Shown here: piece after piece, positions 52,062 to 63,460 of the stretch
Layout: each line of letters begins with the position of its first letter
Position numbering within the stretch: position 1 is the stretch's first letter
Source of the DNA: Octopus bimaculoides
Taxonomy: Eukaryota
DNA: 64,000 bases
Direction: 5' to 3'
Assembly: GCF_001194135.2 (NCBI RefSeq)
Contig: NC_068994.1
Location: 42,744,373-42,808,372, forward strand
Notes under the pieces: model-generated
Told to the model about the DNA's origin: nothing
Seen by the model: the letters and a program-made list of their open reading frames with translations, nothing else
Databases searched by the model: none
Program-made: the position numbers and the translations under genes

Positions 52062-52270
52062 AGCTGGCATAATCATTAGCACACCGGGCAAAATGCTTAG
52101 CGGCATTTCCTCTGCCGGTACGTTCTGAGTTCAAATTCTGCCGAGGTCGACTTTGCCTTTCATCCTTTGGAGATCGATAAATTAAGTACCAGTTGCATAC
52201 TGGGGTCAATCTAATCGACTGGCCCCCTCCCCAAAAATTTCGGGCTTTGTGCCTAGAGTAGAAAAGAATA
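52062..52270 (+). mobile_element. tRNA-derived SINE family C, best-preserved copy
   Basis: A box TGGCATAATCATTAG, B box GAGTTCAAATTC; about 10 copies in the window. Confidence 0.9.
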
Positions 52271-52554
52271 TATATATATATATATATATAATAATTTTTT
52301 TCCAGAGGATGTAGCAACCGTTACCAATATAGCATAAGAACTTACCTTAGGAGATCATTAATTAGATTCCTTAAGGGTCGTTCTCACAGTTTATATTTAT
52401 ATTATAAGGTTTTTAAACTTTTAAATTTTCATATTCAAAAGAGACAGAGACTTCAAATTCGATATATCGATTTATTCACCACTCTATGTTAACATTTCTG
52501 TGCCAAACTTATCCAGTGACTGGTCCATTGGATTTAGACGTTTGGCACTTCTTA

Positions 52555-52900
52555 TCATCATCATCATTATTTAATGTCCGTCTTCCAAGCTGGCATTGGT
52601 TGGATGGCTTATGCAGAAGGCTACCCTTAGCTATGGTGTCTGTTTTGGCAGAGGTTTTATGGTTGGATGCCCTTCTTAACATCAACCACCCCACAGAGTG
52701 GACTGCGTGGTTTTTACATGATACCAATACAGGTGAGGTCAGTTTTGGCTTGGTTTTTTACAGCTGGATGCCCTTCCAAATGCTGATCCAGTCACAGTGT
52801 AGACTGGATGCTTTTTATGTGACACCAGCACTGGCAGGGTCACCAAGTAACTTGCAAGACAAAGAAACTCAGAGAGGGAAAGAGGCACTGGAGGAGACGA
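52555..52900 (-). mobile_element. family B repeat
   Basis: reverse complement of the RTE-type tail. Confidence 0.8.
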
Positions 52901-54224
52901 TCTTGTGTCAGATGATGGACAGTAGAGATAATAATCAGTATTACCTTTCACCCAATCTAAATTGATTCACAAAATAGCACCTGCTCTCACCCATATACGT
53001 CCAGTGTAAATAATGTAAAAAACGTACTTAGGTTATAACAGAGGAAACTTGCCAACTGTGCCACACCCAGATCAAACCCAGAACCATGCAATTACAATGT
53101 AAACTTCTAAACTACATATCTATACTTGCATCTATATATCTATAGCTGTAGTACGAACAGTAATAATACTAGCAACAGTAGCTGTAAACATATATTTAAA
53201 ACTAAATTAATTATATGCATATTGTTAAGCAAAGTACTTAATCGAAATACTTTGTCATTACATATACATCATGTACTAATGACAGTTTCTCTCATTTTGA
53301 AACCATATTTTATCCAAGAATGTATTGTGTAAATTTGGCATTACATTAGCTTAAGCTGCAGATTGGTTTTTTATGACATTTTTCCTGTTTAGGGCTTGTG
53401 CACTTGATGTAATTTATGAAAATGCATTTAATTACTAGTTTCATAAGCTGAATTCTCCCTCTCTCTTCCTCTCTCTCTCCAAACATATATGTATGTATAT
53501 ATGTATGTATGTGTGTATGTCTCTTCTATCTATCTATCTATCTATCTGTAAATATATATATATATATATATATATATANNNNNNNNNNNNNNNNNNNNNN
53601 NNNNNNNNNNNNNNNNNNNNNNNNNNNNNNNNNNNNNNNNNNNNNNNNNNNNNNNNNNNNNNNNNNNNNNNNNNNNNNNNNNNNNNNNNNNNNNNNNNNN
53701 NNNNNNNNNNNNNNNNNNNNNNNNNNNNNNNNNNNNNNNNNNNNNNNNNNNNNNNNNNNNNNNNNNNNNNNNNNNNNNNNNNNNNNNNNNNNNNNNNNNN
53801 NNNNNNNNNNNNNNNNNNNNNNNNNNNNNNNNNNNNNNNNNNNNNNNNNNNNNNNNNNNNNNNNNNNNNNNNNNNNNNNNNNNNNNNNNNNNNNNNNNNN
53901 NNNNNNNNNNNNNNNNNNNNNNNNNNNNNNNNNNNNNNNNNNNNNNNNNNNNNNNNNNNNNNNNNNNNNNNNNNNNNNNNNNNNNNNNNNNNNNNNNNNN
54001 NNNNNNNNNNNNNNNNNNNNNNNNNNNNNNNNNNNNNNNNNNNNNNNNNNNNNNNNNNNNNNNNNNNNNNNNNNNNNNNNNNNNNNNNNNNNNNNNNNNN
54101 NNNNNNNNNNNNNNNNNNNNNNNNNNNNNNNNNNNNNNNNNNNNNNNNNNNNNNNNNNNNNNNNNNNNNNNNNNNNNNNNNNNNNNNNNNNNNNNNNNNN
54201 NNNNNGAGTAAACAGCTGCATATC

Positions 54225-54425
54225 TTTGTGTCTGTGTCTGTACCGTCATCGTCATCACTGCTTGAGAACCAGTTTTGGTATGTTTGTGTCTCCATAACTT
54301 AGCAGTTTGGCAAAAGAGACCAATAGAATAAGTACCAGTTCTTTAAAAAAATAAAAAGAAGTACTGGATTGATTCATTTGACTAAAAAGAATTCAAGGTG
54401 TTGCCCCAGCATGGCCACAGGCTAG
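54225..54425 (+). mobile_element. family A SINE tail
   Basis: matches 1430-1607. Confidence 0.75.
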
Positions 54426-54648
54426 TGACTGAAACAAGTATAAGATTTAAAAAATGATGCATATTGGTGCACATTTTATAAGATATAATGTCTGCACATG
54501 CATCTATGCTGGCCGGCTGTTTCATATTCAGTTGCATAAATTTATTTCCTTGTTTAAACAAAAATAAATTTAATACAAATCAACCACTTTGTAGAAATAA
54601 AATAATAATAATAATTTAATTATATTTTAATAGAAAAATAATGTTCCT

Positions 54649-54852
54649 TTAGAAAATAAAAATGAAACACATGGAAGATAATAAACTAATCCTGATAAAA
54701 TTCTGGCGACAAAAAGTCTGCTGGTATAAATTCCAGGCACTGTAGCTATAGGGAATTGCAACTTTGTTTTCAAACTCTTCCCTGACACTCTTCTGTACCT
54801 CTTTCCTTATTTTACTGGTTAAATCAAGCAGCAGTCTATTTAGTTGTTCCAT
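54649..54852 (-). CDS. unexplained 67-aa ORF MEQLNRLLLDLTSKIRKEVQKSVREEFENKVAIPYSYSAWNLYQQTF...
   Basis: non-repetitive, coiled-coil-like start, acaATGG context, downstream of a strong acceptor at 54928-54929; no donor or homolog recognised. Confidence 0.25.
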   Translation of the reverse strand: MEQLNRLLLDLTSKIRKEVQKSVREEFENKVAIPYSYSAWNLYQQTFCRQNFIRISLLSSMCFIFIF

Positions 54853-54950
54853 TGTTGAAAACAGATAAATTTTTCAAAATTCATTCTGCTGCTATCAGAA
54901 TGTTAGTTAACCTTAACACTGAGAACTCTGCCAAAATATAGAAACAAAGA

Positions 54951-55362
54951 AAAGGAGGAGGAGGAGAAGAAGAAGAAAAAGAAGAACGAGAAGAAGAAAA
55001 ATAGGAGGAGGAGAAGAAGAACGAGAAAGAGAAGAAGAAGGTCGAGGAGGAGGAGGAGAAGAACAAGAAGAAAAAGAAGAATGAGGAGAAAATAAAGAAG
55101 AACGAGAAGGAGGAGGAGAAGAACAAGAAGAAAAAGAAGAATGAGGAGAAAATAAAGAAGAACGAGAAGGAGGAGGAGAAGGAGAAGGAGAAGAAGAAGA
55201 AGAAGAAGAAGAAGAAGAAGGTGGAGGAGAAGAAGGAGAAGAAGAAAAAGAAGAAGAAAGATAAGAAAAAGAAGAAAGAGAAGAAGAAGAAGAAAGAAGG
55301 AGAAGAAAAAGAAGGAGGAGAAGAAGAAAGAGAAGAAGAAGGAGAAGAAGAAGAAGAAGAAA
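54951..55362. repeat. ~410-bp polypurine/polypyrimidine (GAA/GAG) tract containing an exact 60-bp tandem duplication
   Basis: period-60 identity across about 55049-55181. Confidence 0.95.
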
Positions 55363-55984
55363 GGTGGTTGGGTGGATAAAATGAAAATGGAAAAAGAACT
55401 TTTCTGTTTTTCTTATTCTTTAATCTTTCTCTCTATGCATTACTCTACTGATCATTGATCATTATTTCTTCTGGTCTTTATAAGCTTTCTGTATTTTCTC
55501 CAGTAACCGATTCCACTGCTGTTACTGCTGCTGCTGCTGTCGTTTCTGTTTCCGGAGCTGTTACTACTGCTGTCGCTACCACAGCTAACTTGCTACATCT
55601 AAAGAGACTCTTATGTACATGATAATATACCAGTCACACTCTAGCTGAGAAAGGTGGTGGTGGTGGTGGTTGTGACGATGGTGGGGATGATGGTGGTGGT
55701 TGTGATGATGATGCTTATAGGGATGGTGGTGGTAGCAGTGGTGGGGTTGGTGGTGATGGTGGTGATGATGATGCTTATGGGGATGGTAGTAATAGGTGGA
55801 GATGGTGGTGGACATGGTGGTGGTAATGTTGAGGATAATGATGATGCTTATAGGGATGGTGGTAATGGGTGGTGGTGGTGATGGTGGTGGTGGTGGTAAT
55901 GGCAGTGATGCTTGTGGTAAACAACTTTAACCAAACTCCATTTAAAATGGTAGTACGTTCTAAACTAAATAAACAGAGATCAAT

Positions 55985-56225
55985 AAAACAAGTACCAAAC
56001 TCCTGGTGGAGAGCATGAAAGTACTTGTATTATCATATGTAACATTGGGAAATAATGTAAAACAAGCAAAATTAAAGCATGAAATTCAGACTCTGTTTCT
56101 GCCCACCAAATCCACGCGCAAGGCTTTGGTTGGGCCTGGGTTATAGTAAAAGATGCTGGTCCAAGGCGCCACGCAGTGAAACTGAACCTGGAACCATGTG
56201 GTTGGGAAACAGTCTTCTCATCACA
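55985..56225 (-). mobile_element. family A SINE remnant
   Basis: reverse complement of head plus short tail. Confidence 0.75.
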
Positions 56226-56315
56226 TAACCTGCAGGGCAATTGGCAGTGGCACCAATAATAGGAAAGCTTGATCTTGTATCACCTCCCACTTACCTAGAG
56301 AACCTTATCACACAC

Positions 56316-56642
56316 ATGGCTCAGTGCTTAGAGCGTCAGGATCACAATCATGAGTTAGTGAATTCAATTCGCGGACCAGGCTGTGTGTTGTGTTCTTGAG
56401 CAAGACACTTTATTTCACGTTGCTTCAGTTCACTCAGCTGTAGAAATGAGTTGCAACATCACTGGTGCCAAGCTGTATCAGCTTTTGCCTTTCCTTTGGA
56501 TAACATCAGTGGTATGGAGAGAGGAGATTAGTGTGCATAGGTGACTGCTGGTCTCCCAGAAACAACATTGACCAGCCTTGTGCCTCGGAGGGGAACTTTC
56601 TAGGTGCAATCCCATGGTCATCCATGACCAAAGGGAGCCCTT
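56316..56642 (+). mobile_element. tRNA-derived SINE family E with CORE-like segment
   Basis: TGGCTCAGTGCTTAG A box; GTGTTCTTGAGCAAGACACTT. Confidence 0.75.
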
Positions 56643-57664
56643 CTAGTAAAAAATTATTGTTATCAATCACCATCATCACCATCATCACAGTTGGGGGCCA
56701 CTGCCACTGTCACTATTGTCTTTGTCATTGCTGCTGCTGTTGTTCCTGTTCTTGATCTTATTGCTGAAGCCCCAGATTGACCTTGATCAAACAAACATCT
56801 GATCAAATTTAATTTCAACCTTCATTAACTTGTTTTAGTAAGGGATATCTAATATTACATTATTTAAGGTGGTTGTGGTTCTTTGTTGTGTTTGTTTATT
56901 TATTTTTTTGAAGACAGATGAGTTGAATTTGAAAAAGATTTGGCTTCAGTTTTTAGCTGATTGCAAATTATGTCAGAAGTGATGTAATTCTTTAAGTAGA
57001 ACATTATTTCATACGGTAAGAGAAACACATTTCTGTAACTAGTTTGAATTAAAATTAAAAATATGCTAGAAAGTTTGAAAGTGTTTCAAATTAGATAAAG
57101 AAAGAAGCATCATTTATACAAGACAAGGATTAGAATATACCATGGAATATACTGATGGGGCATTAGCATAACAATTTATGCTATAATAGATAAAAGGATA
57201 CTGCTTTATATGATAATAGATAAAAGGGGAAGGATTCAAACTTGATTTGCTCATACTGTAAATGATATTTGAGACTAAAGATTTTGAAAATTACTGCCAC
57301 TGTTGCATTGAGAAAGACAGGTAGGTAGGCAGGGTTTCAGATTGAAAATATGATTAATATATTAAAGGTTTACGATTGTCAGTCTATGACAGTGAGATTA
57401 CAATAGAATAAGAGCTTGATTTTCCTTCCCCAAAATTCAGGAGATTAGTGCCCAGTAAGAAATCAATCAAACAAGATTTGGTAATCAATTAATAAGAAGC
57501 ATCTAGAATTAAATGAGATAGCCCAAACATAAGGTCAATGAACACCATAAATTACAGTATTTAGTTTCATGCTTCTTGGTTCCAAGTTCAAATCTCCTTG
57601 CCATAAACCAGACTTAATATGATATTGTCATCATCAGCTTTATCATTATTATAATTATAATAAC

Positions 57665-57897
57665 GTTGGTGAGATGGCAGGATCATTAAAGCATTTGATA
57701 AAATGTCTTGTGGTATTTCTTCTGGCTCTTAATATTCTGAGTTCAAATCCCACCAAGGTCAAATTTGCCCATCAACCTTTCAAGGATGAAAGGCAAAATT
57801 ATATTAGATCAATCACAGTTCAGCATTGAGGTTCATATAATTGAATGTTCCTGCTCCACTTAATTTCTAGCCTTGAGCCTATTTAAGAAATTATTAT
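57665..57897 (+). mobile_element. family C SINE
   Basis: similar to 52062-52270. Confidence 0.8.
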
Positions 57898-58236
57898 TAC
57901 AACATAATACAGTTACTCTCAGAGATTTCATAACTTTTGGCTTGAAGGAAGATGAAAGTTTCAATAATGTTCTGGACCAATTTACATCAGTAAAAGATGA
58001 TTCCATCTAGAAATTAAAAAAATTCTGTGTCATGTGATTACTTTTGCAGTTGAGATACCATAGGTATCATTAGCAGATCATTAGAGAAGCCTTCAGTCTA
58101 TATCAATTTATAAGACACCAAGAAATGTTAACTTTCTGATGAGTCTGAATACCATAAAAACCCCTTTGTTTTTTTTTTCACCAAAATTTGTGGTTTGTAT
58201 GGTACATGATATTACAGTATGAAATCTTTTCTTGCC

Positions 58237-58521
58237 TTAACCCATTACCTCCCATAATTCTATTAACTGGAATTTTTTTATGAAACTTTGATTTCTAGAA
58301 TAAAACAGCCTTAGAAACATGCTGGAATGATCAAAATAACATTTTAGATAGAAATAAGCGAGATATTGGGTGAAAAATTAGCAAACTTCATTTGAATATC
58401 AGAAAAATATACCTAGTAGATATAGCAAAAAGATTAGATATGTGTAAATATTGACAGATAATTACGAAATTTGTAATTTTTAAGTGATCTCATATGAGAT
58501 CACTGGTAGGTAATGCGTTAA
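58237..58521. mobile_element. piggyBac-type MITE with TTAA target duplication
   Basis: TTAA-CCCATTACCTCCC...GGTAGGTAATGCG-TTAA; TIR 11/13. Confidence 0.8.
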
Positions 58522-58744
58522 TTTTATTAAGAAAAACCACAATAATTTAATAAACCTTCATTATTTCTCCAATTTCTTTTCATTTGTAGCAGCAGTGGTT
58601 GTGTCATCGTCATCATCATCATTATAATCATTCTCATTGTTGCTGTCATCATAGTTGTCATCATTATTATCATCATCACTGTCATCATCAGCATTATCTG
58701 TCATCATCATCATCATCATCATTGTCCTCGTTGTAATTATCATT

Positions 58745-59128
58745 GTCCTTTCTACTATAGGCACAAGGACTGAAGTGTGGGGAAGGGGACTAGTCAATTA
58801 TATTGATCCCAGTGGCTCACTGGTACTTAATTTATCGACCCCGAGCGGATGAAAGGCAAAGTCGACCTCAGAGGAATTTGAACTCAGAACATAGTGACGA
58901 GCGAAATACCACTAATCATCTTGTCCAGCATGCTAACGATTCTGTCAGCCTACCACCTTTGTCGTCATCATTATCACCATCATATTAACGTCTGCATGTT
59001 CATGGAGGATTGGAAAGAAAAATAGAGCTTGTTATGATGGTTACATATGTTTGCAACCGTCATATATTGCCAAGACTAGGAGGTACAAACACCCACACAC
59101 ATTTACACACACACACACACACGCATTT

Positions 59129-59159
<31 letters not shown>

Positions 59160-60292
59160 CACACATACACACTCACACAATGGGCTTTTATTCAGTTTTT
59201 TGTTGTAAAATGAAATATTAAAAACTAATGTACTGGATTACACTAGATTATCTACTGCATGATATATAAGATGTTATAAATGTTTGAAGACAATCTAGGC
59301 TACATATTATAATACTGTATCATATACATGATAAAATATAGTACAAGATGATCAACAAAATCAAGTCAAAAGAGATACAGATTCAAATGTAACGTAATTA
59401 TTGATTACAATTCTTCATTTATCAACATAATTATTTTTTAATAAGATTGCTATCAAATTTTGGCACAAAGCAAGCAGTCTCGGGGAAGGGTAAAAGTTGA
59501 CTACATCAAACCCAGTGTTCATCAGGTACTCATTTTAACAAATCCAAAAGGATGAATGGCAAAGTTGCCCTCAGGGTAATTTGAACTCAGAACATAAAGT
59601 ATTTTGCTAATGTTCCTGCCAGCTTGCTGCCTTTTGTTACACTTTAATATTGAATGATATCAAGAAATAGGAGACTGACAAATAGATCTGAAACAGACCT
59701 GGAATAGAGAAGGCCTGGCTGGCATTGATGAGGCTACAAATGATACAAAACGAATTTGACAAAGGAAGCTGATTAAACCGATTGACTGAATGATTAATCA
59801 AACAATTAGTTAATTGATTAAATGTTAATGAATTGACTGATAATGCTCATAATGATTTCAAATTTTGGCACAAGCCAGTAGTTTTGGGGGAGGAATAAGT
59901 TGATTATGTCGACCCTAGTTTTCAACTGGTACTCATTTTGTCCCCGAAAGGATGAAAGACAATGTCAACCTCAGCAGAATTTGAACTCAGGGCATAAAGA
60001 TGTACAAAATACGACAAAACATTTTGTCCTGTGTGATAACAGTTCTGCTAGCTCACCACCTTCACTAATAATAATAATAATAATAATTTTTCTACTAAAG
60101 GCATAAGGCCTGAAATTTGCGGGGAGGGAACTAGTCAATTACATCGACCCCAGTGTTTCACTTGTACTTAATTTATCAACCCCCAAAGGATTAAAGGCAA
60201 AGTTGACCTCAGCAAAATTTGAACTTAGAATGTAGTGATGGGCGAAATGCTGCAAACCATTTTTCTCACTTTACTAACGATTCTGCCATCTC
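58745..60292 (-). mobile_element. cluster of four family C SINEs (about 58745-58957, 59455-59630, 59850-60062, 60090-60292)
   Basis: each is a reverse complement of 52062-52270. Confidence 0.85.
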
Positions 60293-60898
60293 ACAGTCTT
60301 AATAACAATAATGATAATAATAAAATAAGTGAAACAGAACCAGAGCATATGTTTATTTTTAGCATGATGATCCTCCTAACTTACAACAAAATCTGTTTCA
60401 ACACAGAAGTTCACACCAAGAATCTTGCAAACCAAATTTAAAAGAATAATGAATAAGATTAGGATTTTAGCCCACTAACTTAACAATAAACTATTTTGTC
60501 CCCAATGCAGCACCATGCTTCTAGTAAAAACATAAATATCTCTTCTTCAGTATGCATAATAGCAAGTAGGGATCATGTGGAGGAATACACTTCAACCTTA
60601 TAGGCAGTTGAAAGAATATATGATTGACAAGTCCTTTTTTATCTTGTAGGGCAAAATGTAGGCAGGGTTCAAAATCTTCCTATAGGTGAATCCAACAAAA
60701 GGCAAGAATCCTATTCTGGATAATAAGCATATCGGAATTGTTTACATCTTTGTGAAGCTAGGATTAAATAAAGCATATGGTGAGATGGTTTCAGTAGTAA
60801 AGAACAGACACTAAATGGTAAAGTCTGAACCAAAGATTCAGATTCAGTCTGTATTCGGTTCTTCTTTTATCTTATATTTTCTGCCTCTACACGTTTGT

Positions 60899-60912
60899 GT
60901 TTCTATGGTAAC
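60899..60912. promoter_or_regulatory. RFX X-box motif GTTTCTATGGTAAC
   Basis: fits the established GTTNCYATGGNAAC pattern. Confidence 0.4.
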
Positions 60913-62156
60913 ATACACAGAGGAAATGGTTTTATTTATTTATTTATTTTACAGATTCTCATATTGTAAGGAAAAGGAAAAAAGATATCTTTTTTACAAT
61001 TGGGTATTTTTTATAATGCTAAGCAGTAAGTCAACTGTAAGGAACTTGTTATCCGTCAGGATGACTGTCATGAAGCCTTACTTATGGACATTACCTACAT
61101 GCCTTGTTTGAGAATACACCACAACGGTTACAATAAAGTTTTGAACTCAAAACTTGGTAATTGAGAGTCCAACACCTTAGCTTTATAGCCACCATACCAT
61201 TCACACGTGCGCACACACATACATGTATCAAAGACAATATTTTTTCCCTGCCTTGCATGGCACCAATGATATGTAATTTTTTATCTCTTCAAAGGAAATG
61301 TTTTGAGGGGAATGAAAGAAAAGTAAAAAAAAAGAAAACCAAACACACACACACACAGAAACGAGAAAAGAAAAAAAAAATAGCAATAATATCTGTAACA
61401 AAAGAGGAAATAGCTACAAAGAATAAGTTTTTTAGAGAAAAAAAGAAGAAAAGAAAAAGAAGACAATAGAAGGAATTCTTCAAAGAATATCCTCAGAAAC
61501 ATATATAAAGAAAAGATAGCCACCATTGCTGTGAATTTTCTTTTCTTCTTTCTTTCTTTCTTTCTTTTTTTCATTTTTATTATTCCTTCTTCTGCCTTCA
61601 CATGTTGAGTGGTAGCCATGGTAGAAAATGGATGCGAATAGTTACCTTTGAAGTAACTGTCACCGGCAGACAAGCAAAAAGGAATTCTGGACTTGAAGCT
61701 AGACATGGTTTCTTCCAAATAATTACCATATGGCATTTTGTTTTTCTCCAAGACACAAACTGCTTCATATTATCAACCAGGTTTTTATATTTATTTATTG
61801 GTTTGTTTATTTATTTATTTATTTTTGCATTATTTCTTTTAATGTGAAAATATAGAAGAAATATGGAACATGTATAGAAATGCTCATACTACTTCTTCAA
61901 TATGTATAACATACGTGAGTATTCCACAATGTGTGTGTGTGTTTGTGTGAATGTGTGTGTGAGCTTATGTGTGATTGTAAGCATGTAAGCATGCATGAGT
62001 TTATATATGCATATGTATACGCACATAAGGAAGAGAAAACTGCAAAACTCAGAGTTGTAATCAATGAAGTTTCTGCTTATTAATTTACACACACACACCA
62101 TACACACTTCACACATACACACATACTTTTACACATACTCTAAGAGGAAGAGAGAG

Positions 62157-62203
<47 letters not shown>

Positions 62204-62568
62204 ATATATAACAATATTTATTGTGCTTTTACTTATTAATTTTCTATATGTGACTGTGGATTTTCATCGATGAGTTCATGAACTTTGGTTCTTTTCTCTA
62301 AAACTATATATATATATACATATATATATATATACACATATCAAAATAAGCAGCAAGATATCAAGTAGTATTGCATTTAAAATGATGTAATGATTGCATT
62401 GTTCAATTAAATGGAGCCACTTGAAACAGTCGTACTTCATTACTACTTGATATCCTGTTGCTTATTTTGATTCTATCCACCTTACTTCGAGCTGTGCGGA
62501 TAATACCGGTGTGACATGGAGCTTCAACTTAAGTACCTAATTCAACTGAATCTTAATTATTTCTTATG

Positions 62569-62621
<53 letters not shown>

Positions 62622-62629
62622 AGTAGTTG

Positions 62630-62691
62630 GATAACTGAAGAGATGGCCGGAGTGGAACACCGCCTGGGCATAGGAAACTCAGAGTTTTATC
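62630..62691 (+). ncRNA. type I hammerhead-like motif
   Basis: GATAA-CTGAAGA-(imperfect stem II)-GAAA-CTCAGAGT-T-TTATC: perfect 5-bp stem I; stem III ACTC.GAGT as at 18906. Confidence 0.55.
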
Positions 62692-62723
62692 ATGGCTACT
62701 GAATAAGTGTCACATATTTTTAC

Positions 62724-62791
<68 letters not shown>

Positions 62792-62849
62792 CATTACTTG
62801 GAAATGAATGCATGGCATTCAATCAAATAATAATATAAATAATATATTT

Positions 62850-63245
62850 ACTCTTTACTCTTATTTTAGTCATTTGATTGTGGCCATGCTGGAGCACCGC
62901 TTGTAGTCGAAGAAATCGACCCCAGGACTTATTCTCTGAAAGCCTAGTACTTATTCTATCGGTCTCTTTTGCCAAACCGCTAAGTTATGGGGGCGTCAAC
63001 ACACCAGCGTCGGTTGTCAAGCGATGTTGGGGAGCAAACACAGACATATACACACATGTAAATATATATATATATACATATATATGATGGGCTTCTTTCA
63101 GTTTCTGTCAACCAAATCCACTCACAAGGCTTTGGTCGGCCCGAGGCTCTAGTAGAAGGGACTTACCCAAGGTGCCATGCAGTGGGACTGAACCCAGAGC
63201 TATGTGCTTGGTAAGCAAGCTACTTACCACACAGCCACTCCTGCA
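62850..63245 (-). mobile_element. family A SINE, full length
   Basis: reverse complement of family A. Confidence 0.92.
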
Positions 63246-63269
63246 CCTATATATGTGTATATGTACATA

Positions 63270-63333
<64 letters not shown>

Positions 63334-63432
63334 GTTAAAAAAAACAATAACAAAAAAACAAAAAAACAACAAAGTGAGGACGTGATATGGATCGTATTAT
63401 TGGACGCTCAGGAAAGGAAAGAGAGAGTGTAT

Positions 63433-63460
63433 GACGTTTCGGGCGTAGCCCTTCGTCGGA
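63433..63460 (-). ncRNA. hammerhead core remnant of Penelope type, U4>C
   Basis: CCGACGA-A-GGGC(tac)GCCC-GAAA-CGT-C; no stem I pairing. Confidence 0.5.

Noticed and set aside
55049-55181. Regularly spaced repeat or CRISPR-like array
   Set aside because: Plain 60-bp tandem duplication in a purine tract, with no spacers, in a eukaryotic context
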